Shown piece by piece: positions 29,491-37,438 of a DNA stretch of 64,000 nucleotides (the stretch's first letter is position 1; every line of letters begins with the position of its first letter). The translations under genes and the position numbers were made by a program. The notes under the pieces are model-generated. The model was not told the origin of the DNA. It ran no database searches and saw only the letters and a list, made by a program, of their open reading frames with translations. Source of the stretch: a virus (Duplodnaviria; Caudoviricetes); IMG/VR virus record IMGVR_UViG_3300001525_000065, positions 32,001 through 96,000 of that record, one strand, 5' to 3'.

Positions 29491-29716
29491 TTATGTTATC
29501 TCCTTTATTAGAGTTATTGATCTTAGTAGCATCCTTATCTACCTTATGCTTAGATGATTCATTATGAGCAGTATAGTAGATGTATCCTATCTTAGATGCT
29601 GATAGAATGTTATCAGGAATAGTATCTACTGAGAGATCGATTGTACAACCTGCATGTACAACAGTATCAGCTACTGGCACTGAGAAGGTCATACGATTAG
29701 TTATAGTGAGTTTCAT
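29483..29716 (-). CDS. Hypothetical protein
   Basis: Small ORF overlapping both neighbours. Confidence 0.6.
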   Translation of the reverse strand: MKLTITNRMTFSVPVADTVVHAGCTIDLSVDTIPDNILSASKIGYIYYTAHNESSKHKVDKDATKINNSNKGDNINA

Positions 29717-30342
29717 CTAGTCACCTCACTTGTTATGGGATTATTTATATCACCTTTCACTACATGAAGTGATACATCATCAGGATCAACAATATTAACA
29801 GGTTCATTACTTGACTTCCAAAGATATGCATCATCAGTGTACATACCCATGGTTTGTCTGAAGTATTGTCCTTGTTGACTAAATTGAGTGATGTCTGAGT
29901 TATCATCTACATCTGGTGAAAGGAATACATTGAATTTATGATGGAAGTTAAGCCCATAAGGCACTAGTACTTCAAGAGATGAATGAGTTTTGAAATAGAA
30001 GATGAGCTCACGCATCAGTAGATCATTATCAAGTCGATTACGAGTTATAACATCTAACTGATAATCAATTCTGATTGGAATAGTCTGATGTCTAAGCATC
30101 TTCAATGTTTCTTGATCAAATGAAGTAACTGCACCAGTGAAGATCTGAGGATGAGATTCTCGATCAGTTATGATGGACCATCCTACTCGAGTTAGATGTA
30201 TTAGTGGCAATCTGACTGAATCATCTTTTACTCGAGACATGAGATTGAAACTCTCTTCAAATGGTACAATGTATACTGAATCATTATGAACTAGTCCACG
30301 TAGCTCTTGTATAATTGCATCATCGTACATGTATACACTCAT
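29713..30342 (-). CDS. Tail completion/terminator protein (gp15-like)
   Basis: YDDAI, LPLIHLTR, PIRIDYQLD; upstream of the sheath gene. Confidence 0.6.
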   Translation of the reverse strand: MSVYMYDDAIIQELRGLVHNDSVYIVPFEESFNLMSRVKDDSVRLPLIHLTRVGWSIITDRESHPQIFTGAVTSFDQETLKMLRHQTIPIRIDYQLDVITRNRLDNDLLMRELIFYFKTHSSLEVLVPYGLNFHHKFNVFLSPDVDDNSDITQFSQQGQYFRQTMGMYTDDAYLWKSSNEPVNIVDPDDVSLHVVKGDINNPITSEVTR

Positions 30343-30856
30343 GTATCTTCACTACTCCTTCCTTAGCTTGTATGAATGCATCCCAGTACTTATTTATCTT
30401 AGGTCTCACTACTGCTTCTGCATGAGAGATAAATAAGATAGGTCTTGATGCATCTTGATCTCCAAATTCAATCCATCTAGCTACTTGTTCTAGTAGATTA
30501 GACGATCCAGGCATTCGAGATCTAGGATTAATCTGAATCTTATAAATGGATTTGTCCACCTGATACCATTGCATCTCACTCAGAATAAGATTAGCTAATC
30601 GTAGCATCTTGAGCTTTCTAGGCTTACGGTACCATCTTACCCAATCAGCATTAATGAGATGAGATGACTTAGATTCTAGATAAGTTACATTCAGATGATC
30701 CATGACTTCATCATGAATAGTACTAATTAACATATCTAAGAACTGAGGCACATATTCCTTATGCTCACTAGACATCTTATTGAAATCAACGATCAGCATC
30801 TGGAACATCTCCATACTCAGTATCAAGGTAATTATAGTTACCAGTAGAATAGTCAT
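30320..30856 (-). CDS. Hypothetical neck-region protein (true start probably ~30799)
   Basis: ORF within the neck/tail operon. Confidence 0.6.
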   Translation of the reverse strand: MTILLVTIITLILSMEMFQMLIVDFNKMSSEHKEYVPQFLDMLISTIHDEVMDHLNVTYLESKSSHLINADWVRWYRKPRKLKMLRLANLILSEMQWYQVDKSIYKIQINPRSRMPGSSNLLEQVARWIEFGDQDASRPILFISHAEAVVRPKINKYWDAFIQAKEGVVKIHECIHVR

Positions 30857-31319
30857 TACGAATAGGTGATGTCTTGTACACTGGTACTACTAGGCAGGTG
30901 AAGCAGTCAGGGAATTCCATTAATGATTCAATTCTAGTGATCTCAAACATTCTAGGTTCTGCATCTGGAATTGACATATCTGGATTCATTGATACTCGGC
31001 AATGAGTAGTCAAATGAGGAGTATCCCATGGCACCTGCATGACATATGGCTTATCTGTACTGGATTCTGATGACCATCCTAGATGATGCAATGTAGAGAT
31101 CTTAGGATTAGTATCAAATATCACATGCATCTCTACTGGATCAGATAAGTCAGTAGGTTCTATCTCTCCATGAATAGATGCATTATAATCTCGTAAGTAC
31201 TGGTACTGGACAGTGATGCCTCTGAGGAACGCCATCTCTTTAAACCAGTTTCGGAATAAAGTAGCATCAGGTCTGGTCAAATTTCCCATCAGTACCGCCT
31301 CCATTAGTATCAGTTTCAT
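30786..31319 (-). CDS. Neck / head-closure protein (gp14-like; start probably ~31289)
   Basis: FRNWFKEM...RGI...Y, LGW; position in the neck module. Confidence 0.5.
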   Translation of the reverse strand: MKLILMEAVLMGNLTRPDATLFRNWFKEMAFLRGITVQYQYLRDYNASIHGEIEPTDLSDPVEMHVIFDTNPKISTLHHLGWSSESSTDKPYVMQVPWDTPHLTTHCRVSMNPDMSIPDAEPRMFEITRIESLMEFPDCFTCLVVPVYKTSPIRNDYSTGNYNYLDTEYGDVPDADR

Positions 31320-31968
31320 TATTAAGTAGTCCAGTAGTAACTTTCTTAGGTCTTCTAGGATGTTTCAATTGATCATTAGGTAATCTAGGTCTACCTGCAG
31401 ATCTCATGGTGACTTCATCATGAGTATAACCTAGCTTATCAAGTATCTCATCATAGTTAGATCTGATGAATCTATTTATCTCTGATGAGATCTTGATCAT
31501 CCATGTCCTATTAGCTAATAGAGCTGCAAGATGCTTACAGACTCCACCTCTATTGTATGGATTAGTTATCTTAGCTGGACGATTCTCAAGGTCTCCATAC
31601 TTGTATCCAAATTTAGAACTGACATATGCATATCTGTACTTGAAGTCAGGGCATGAACACATGACTCTTACATCTGGATTGTCAAATGACTTAGTTACTG
31701 CTCGGATGACTGATTGTAGATTAATAACAGGTGATGACTTAAGTATCTGCTGCAGAGTAGCTAGTACTCCAGTGTATTCTATTGTGCAAACATAATCACC
31801 TACTGCTACTTGTGCTACTAATCGGTCATCACTGAGCAGGTTAGATGTATCAAGTTTATAACCTTTAGATCTATAACTAAGTCGCTTAGCATATCTAAGT
31901 GGAGTCTGAGATTTTGTTTTACCTAAAATGTTCTTACGAGTTATCTCCACTAAGGAGTGATTATTCAT
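31267..31968 (-). CDS. SWIM zinc-finger protein
   Basis: CSCPDF...CKH motif. Confidence 0.75.
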   Translation of the reverse strand: MNNHSLVEITRKNILGKTKSQTPLRYAKRLSYRSKGYKLDTSNLLSDDRLVAQVAVGDYVCTIEYTGVLATLQQILKSSPVINLQSVIRAVTKSFDNPDVRVMCSCPDFKYRYAYVSSKFGYKYGDLENRPAKITNPYNRGGVCKHLAALLANRTWMIKISSEINRFIRSNYDEILDKLGYTHDEVTMRSAGRPRLPNDQLKHPRRPKKVTTGLLNNETDTNGGGTDGKFDQT

Positions 31969-32017
31969 TTATTCTGGTCACTCCTTTCATACATAGCTTA
32001 TCCTGGTATGGTATCAA

Positions 32018-32842
32018 TCATTTCTCTGCGAAGTGGAATAAATCTAGTAGTCCATTAATCTCTCCACCATGATCATCTATGTCTGGAATGAAATCTATTC
32101 CTAGCTCATGATCACGAAAAGCGCCAACATACTCTCTGTCCCATAATGCAGGACCATAAAACTTACGTGTACCTCGCTGGAATCTATGTCTGTTGTCACG
32201 ATATATATCATATATTGAAAGACCATTAGGATAGTACTTTTCAAGAGCTGCCTTAGGGTCTGTATCTCCTGGTTCAGTCCATCGACGTTCTCCATCAAGA
32301 TCATGATCTGCTTCATAATAGTCCCTTGCATATTTTCCAGGCTTTGATGACTGTTTCTTCGTCTGCACAAGACCAGGATCTTTGAAGATAACTGTATACA
32401 TATCATCATATGAGTTGTATACAATTACTACCTTAGCACCTTTAATAGTACTAAGTCTAGCATCAGCATATTCATTTGGTTCTCCAATAGCTGAGCCTCT
32501 CTTCCAAGCACTTTTAATGGCTCTGTTTGCAGTACTAAGATATTCCTGATCAACATCACTGAATTCCCATGCAGTATCATGATCACGAATAGCTGCATCT
32601 GCTGGAGCAATGCCTAGGGCTTCTAGTCCTGCGCTAATTACTCCGCCCATATCTGCATCGAGTGCTTTCACTCTATCTGCATTACTCTTATCAGGATAGA
32701 GTGATTCTCCTGCTTGCCATTCAGGCATCCATGTGACAAGAGTTTCTTCACCAGTACCTTCTCTAAGAGACTGATGCATAGGATTACATGATTCCCTAAG
32801 TGACCTACTTAGAATAATTGATTCAAATATCTTCTCTGCCAT
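32018..32842 (-). CDS. Putative internal head protein
   Basis: Starts MAEKIFESII, a motif shared with neighbours; SLRE repeats. Confidence 0.6.
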   Translation of the reverse strand: MAEKIFESIILSRSLRESCNPMHQSLREGTGEETLVTWMPEWQAGESLYPDKSNADRVKALDADMGGVISAGLEALGIAPADAAIRDHDTAWEFSDVDQEYLSTANRAIKSAWKRGSAIGEPNEYADARLSTIKGAKVVIVYNSYDDMYTVIFKDPGLVQTKKQSSKPGKYARDYYEADHDLDGERRWTEPGDTDPKAALEKYYPNGLSIYDIYRDNRHRFQRGTRKFYGPALWDREYVGAFRDHELGIDFIPDIDDHGGEINGLLDLFHFAEK

Positions 32843-32847
32843 AGTTC

Positions 32848-34905
32848 TTATCTCTGAGATCTTCTCTTCTCGAACTTGATATCTTCATCAACTTCAGCTT
32901 CTGCTTCCTTAGCAGCTCTTTGTCTAGCCGTTTCTTTCTCTGCATATTCATTATCACCCACAAACATGACGAGTTCAGGCATATAAGGTTCATCATCAGG
33001 GAGATAATGAATAACAATAATCGGAAGATCTCTAAACTTACCCTTATAGACTGCATAAATATCATTTGCAAATATTGGAGTACCATTCGCTACAATACTT
33101 CTGACTACATCTTCGAGCTTAAAGTCTTGATGGAACCAAAGCTGATCAGTTGTACGGAACACAACTTCATCAGGAGTAGCATTAAGAGCATCAACACCAG
33201 CCCTAATAGCCTCTCTGACCTCATCAGGGTAGGCATCTTCAGGATTAGCTAGTTCATCAGCAGCAGTACGTGATCCTTTGTAGAATGCATATACAAGCTG
33301 ATCAGATGTCTCTTTTGCTCCTTCACGAAGCTTCTTAACTCTAGGATTACGTGACTCTTTAAGTGATTTCTTCTGACTTCCTAGAATAATTGATTCAAAT
33401 TTCTTTTCTGCCATAGTTTTTCTCCTTGATTCATAATATCGATTTCTATGATATCTCTGAATGAACTCTTCTTGTTCTTCAGGGTCACCCCAGTCTATAT
33501 AGTCAGCTTCTACTACATTGACAGCATGCAGAGGAGCTTCATCTCCCCACGCATCAAGCTCATCAGGATATCTAACAACTTCAAAGAATAGATCATGATC
33601 ATTATCATAAGCATACAAATGACCTTTATGATGTATGAAGTCATATCTGACTTCATCTTCAATATCTATGCCATCTGAGTAGAACCTGGCATTATACACT
33701 ACATCTTCTTCATCATCTATAGTGCCCCTATACTGATCTACATAATAGTCTTCAATTGCCTCACCTACAAAGCGTGCTTTAGAAGAATCAGTCATCTTCT
33801 TCTCAATTACTGATTTACCATGAATTCTCTTACCTTCAGACACTACATAGTTATATCTGAAAGCTACTGGAATGATCTGACCTTTGACTATCTTGGACTC
33901 AAGAAGAAAAGGATACTTAGATGTAGTAGCAATAGCTTTGCACTCAAGCTTACCTTTAGTCTTATTAATGGACTTACTAGTAGTGAATCCTTCGAACTTA
34001 ATAGCAGCTCTATGCTTCTTACCTGATGCAGTGGTAATAACGCACTCGCATACTAGATTAGATCCTACAAGAGTGACCTTTTTAACCTCCATGCACTTGA
34101 CACCTTTATATGTCTTAGATGCATAATCAGTCATAAGAGCATTGAGCTTAGACTCATCAAGAGTAAGATCCTTAGACTTTGTAGATGCAGCTCTAGTAGC
34201 AGATCTCTTAGCGCTTAGACGTTTCATAGTCTCAGTGAATTCTCTTTTAGACTTCAGACGTCCCTTGATGGACTTTATCTTCTTACTCTCTTCAACCTCA
34301 AGATCCTCAATCTTATCCTCTTCATCATCCTGAAGATCATCGATCTCATCTCTAGCAGCATCAACTGCAGCAGCTACATCATCAATAGCATCCCCAGCTT
34401 CCTCTGCATCAGTCTGAGCTTCAATCTCTTCAGCTGCTTCCTTAGGATCCTCTACGGTACCCACTAGTACATATCCATCAGGAGTATCGCCACATACAGG
34501 GCATGCTTCTCCATCTTCCATAGGTTCCTCAGAGAAGAAGTTATTACCACATACAGGGCATGCATAGATGTGATCATCTACATACTCATCAGAGGTAGCA
34601 ACTTCATTATCTACAGTAGCATCAAGAATATCCTGAAGATTCTCGAGATTATCAACAAGATCATCCATAGAGATATCAGGATCGACTACTACAACTGCAT
34701 CATCGATCTCTTCCTCTTCTTCAGGTTCGACAACTACTACATCATCTCTTGCATCAATGACTTCTGTATTATCATCGTCTTTGTCTTCATGGAGTGACTT
34801 GTTACATTTGCACTTTCTAGTAGCCTTCTTATCAAGATTCTGACCACTAGTGATAATAGATTCAAATATGTTCATTATTGTACCTACCCTTCTTATGGTA
34901 TTCAT
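32848..34905 (-). CDS. Acidic multi-domain putative head protein with Zn ribbon; second in-frame start at 33414
   Basis: MNIFESII, CPVCG twice, D/E-rich; internal AAGGAG SD and MAEKKFESII. Confidence 0.65.
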   Translation of the reverse strand: MNTIRRVGTIMNIFESIITSGQNLDKKATRKCKCNKSLHEDKDDDNTEVIDARDDVVVVEPEEEEEIDDAVVVVDPDISMDDLVDNLENLQDILDATVDNEVATSDEYVDDHIYACPVCGNNFFSEEPMEDGEACPVCGDTPDGYVLVGTVEDPKEAAEEIEAQTDAEEAGDAIDDVAAAVDAARDEIDDLQDDEEDKIEDLEVEESKKIKSIKGRLKSKREFTETMKRLSAKRSATRAASTKSKDLTLDESKLNALMTDYASKTYKGVKCMEVKKVTLVGSNLVCECVITTASGKKHRAAIKFEGFTTSKSINKTKGKLECKAIATTSKYPFLLESKIVKGQIIPVAFRYNYVVSEGKRIHGKSVIEKKMTDSSKARFVGEAIEDYYVDQYRGTIDDEEDVVYNARFYSDGIDIEDEVRYDFIHHKGHLYAYDNDHDLFFEVVRYPDELDAWGDEAPLHAVNVVEADYIDWGDPEEQEEFIQRYHRNRYYESRRKTMAEKKFESIILGSQKKSLKESRNPRVKKLREGAKETSDQLVYAFYKGSRTAADELANPEDAYPDEVREAIRAGVDALNATPDEVVFRTTDQLWFHQDFKLEDVVRSIVANGTPIFANDIYAVYKGKFRDLPIIVIHYLPDDEPYMPELVMFVGDNEYAEKETARQRAAKEAEAEVDEDIKFEKRRSQR

Positions 34906-34920
34906 ACTACTTTATTATAG

Positions 34921-35808
34921 TCATTCGTAATCAAGTATATTAATAAAGATAGATAGACGTTCTCTTACATCTGGATTAAATCTACTCTTAGCCGAAGTCT
35001 TAGCCGTAATTATATTTGGATCCTCACGGTCTACTTTAAATTCCTTAACACGAGGATATTTAGCCCTAAGGTTGGACATTACTTCAGAGAGACTATATTC
35101 ACCCTGACCTCTAACAATAGGCCATCCAGTGTAAGAAGTGTTTATTGTACAAGAAAATCTTGACCCATGAGTACCAAGGTAATCCTCTAACTCGTCGTAC
35201 CCAAATAACAATCTCGCCTGATAAAGGTAATCTGCCTTTTCTTCCATAGGCTTCAGAGTATCAACTAATTCATCAGATAAATCTGAATAGTCACCATATC
35301 CATACTCAAGAATAACACTTTTGCCATCACTACGGGCAGGTGTCTCATAGTAATACTTAACGTTAGTGTCCCTATCAAGTACCTTCTTAATAGTATGATT
35401 ACAATACTGAAGTATCGAATTAATAGAAGATGTGTCATCTGGAGTTATCTTAATTTGTACCATTTTTGTCTTGTCGTTTTTAGGGGTACGAGTAACTCCA
35501 CGGATATCAGAATATTTACGTACTATTGTTCTTACTGTAGCCCCTGGGAACTTTTTCTTTATCATTGAAACTGCATCACTATTGACTGATTCTTTCAATG
35601 ATTCATCATACTTAGCTATGACTTCATAGTCACCATATTCATCTTTGACTACTTCAAGTCCAGCTTTATCAAGCTTATCCTGAGTGATCTTAGAGATTCT
35701 ATGGTATCTCTTCATGTCATAATCTACCCATTTCTGATACTCAGATAGATCATAGCTGAGATCAGACTCTACTAGATTGTGAATTACGGATTCGAATATG
35801 TTACTCAT
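34921..35808 (-). CDS. Putative internal head protein
   Basis: Starts MSNIFESVI; LVE and LKE motifs. Confidence 0.6.
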   Translation of the reverse strand: MSNIFESVIHNLVESDLSYDLSEYQKWVDYDMKRYHRISKITQDKLDKAGLEVVKDEYGDYEVIAKYDESLKESVNSDAVSMIKKKFPGATVRTIVRKYSDIRGVTRTPKNDKTKMVQIKITPDDTSSINSILQYCNHTIKKVLDRDTNVKYYYETPARSDGKSVILEYGYGDYSDLSDELVDTLKPMEEKADYLYQARLLFGYDELEDYLGTHGSRFSCTINTSYTGWPIVRGQGEYSLSEVMSNLRAKYPRVKEFKVDREDPNIITAKTSAKSRFNPDVRERLSIFINILDYE

Positions 35809-35825
35809 ACTAGAATCCTCCTTTC

Positions 35826-36506
35826 TTAGTCAATTGGCATTACCATGTCTGAATTATCACTCAGGTAATTCCTCATGTCATTCAACTCAGCAGTACCTTC
35901 TGCAAGTAGCGCATCTCCATCGAGACCATATGTAGCACTATTCAATGTGTATTTACCTCTAACCCTCCCTAGAGTTATCTTACACATAGCTAATGCTAGT
36001 TTAATAAGCTGAGTCTGCCAGTAAGGCTCAGTCAGATCTTCCACTGACTGATAATCAGGAATGTACTGCAGAGTGATAGATGCAGGCTTAGGATAATTGC
36101 AATATACATAAAGATCTTTAGTCTCAGGTTCCCACTTGAAATCAAGATCTGTAGCTAATGTATTCTTGACTTGCTTGACTAGCATAGCTCTAGTATAATC
36201 ATCTGCAGGTATTGCACTGAAGTTTCTATTAGCCAGTAGCCATGCAGTATCAGCATAGTCACCTAGGAGATACTCAGACTGGGATCTCATGACATAGAGG
36301 ACTGTAGAGATATTCTTATCACTGAGATTCATATGTTCTGCATAAGGTATTGTCATTGTAGTTGAGTCAGTTATGTAATTCTTCAACTCTCTAAATGCCA
36401 TCTGAATTATCTTAGGTATCTGATGCTCAATCTCTATATCAATGATTGGTGCACCTAGACTAGTCATGATCGTATCGACATATTCATCAAGTTTCATATA
36501 TCCCAA
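35826..36506 (-). CDS. Neck / head-tail adaptor protein (gp13-like)
   Basis: SLGAPIIDIEI and LGRVRGKY...LDGDALLAEG. Confidence 0.8.
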   Translation of the reverse strand: MGYMKLDEYVDTIMTSLGAPIIDIEIEHQIPKIIQMAFRELKNYITDSTTMTIPYAEHMNLSDKNISTVLYVMRSQSEYLLGDYADTAWLLANRNFSAIPADDYTRAMLVKQVKNTLATDLDFKWEPETKDLYVYCNYPKPASITLQYIPDYQSVEDLTEPYWQTQLIKLALAMCKITLGRVRGKYTLNSATYGLDGDALLAEGTAELNDMRNYLSDNSDMVMPID

Positions 36507-36542
36507 TCATCTCCTTTCATTCATAATTATAATCATATAGAT

Positions 36543-36606
36543 TAGTACTGACAAGGATGACTGAGCTAGGAGGTATCACTCAGTCATCCATACGTATGTC
36601 AGTAGC
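36543..36606 (-). promoter_or_regulatory. Long hairpin whose loop carries anti-SD ACCUCCU
   Basis: Stem TACTGACA-GGATGACTGAG / CTCAGTCATCC-TGTCAGTA; upper stem resembles 46173-46203. Confidence 0.5.
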
Positions 36607-36645
36607 TACTATCTAAATGAATAGATAGTTAAGGTTGATAAGTTA

Positions 36646-37014
36646 TTACTTATCCTCTGATTCATCAGTAGTATCTTCTATTGCATCAGATTCAATCTCA
36701 GTATCCTCTGATTCGTCTAATACTAGAGCAGACTTAGCAGATGCATTCTGCTGACTTGCATTAGTGTCAGGATTTGGATCAGGCTTCTTAGCTGATGGAT
36801 CTGTTACTTCATAAGTAGCACCTAGGAGCTTACATAACTTATCAGTGAGTGCAAGCTGATAACTGTTATCAGTCTTGACCATGAGCTCATCACCGGTAGC
36901 AAGAGTAACGAGATGATTCTCATTCAGGTGCTTAGTGATGATAGATAGCTTAGTAGCATCAGTAGCAGTGATGGTCACTATTGCTGGTGCTATCGAATAA
37001 TCAAATGTAGCCAT
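36646..37014 (-). CDS. Putative capsid decoration protein, paralog of 37034-37246, with acidic tail
   Basis: MATFDYSIAPAIVTITAT versus MATIDYSAVPAVVTITAT; just downstream of the capsid gene. Confidence 0.55.
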   Translation of the reverse strand: MATFDYSIAPAIVTITATDATKLSIITKHLNENHLVTLATGDELMVKTDNSYQLALTDKLCKLLGATYEVTDPSAKKPDPNPDTNASQQNASAKSALVLDESEDTEIESDAIEDTTDESEDK

Positions 37015-37033
37015 GTAGGATTACCTCCTACAC

Positions 37034-37246
37034 TTATGACTTAGCTGCATTAGTGACAGTGACATCAATCGCATTAGCGAGTTCTTTATAATATGCAAGC
37101 TCTGCAGAAGAGTTTGCTACGACCTTGAGGACATCATCCTTAGCAAGATCAATAGAGAAATTAGGTACACTGAAAGGTACCTTTACATCAGCGGTGGCAG
37201 TAATAGTAACTACTGCAGGTACTGCAGAATAATCAATAGTAGCCAT
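37034..37246 (-). CDS. Putative capsid decoration protein
   Basis: Small beta-rich ORF immediately after the capsid gene, with strong SD. Confidence 0.55.
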   Translation of the reverse strand: MATIDYSAVPAVVTITATADVKVPFSVPNFSIDLAKDDVLKVVANSSAELAYYKELANAIDVTVTNAAKS

Positions 37247-37279
37247 TGTTATTTATATCCTTTCATATATGAAATTCAG

Positions 37280-37398
37280 TAACGTCTACAAGGGGTCTAT
37301 AGAGCTCTAGGAGCCTCGTTAGTGCGAAGCGGGCAAGTGTGCCCCTACATGCACTAACGAGGTCTAGAGGGTCTATAAACGTGCTAGAGCACTAAGTG
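37280..37398. repeat. Dispersed quasi-palindromic repeat, copy 4
   Basis: cctcgttagtgc...gcactaacgagg arms and gtgctagagcactaagtg end. Confidence 0.88.
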
Positions 37399-37438
37399 TG
37401 TGCTCAAGAGAAGGTTAATTTGCTAAAATGCTAGATAA

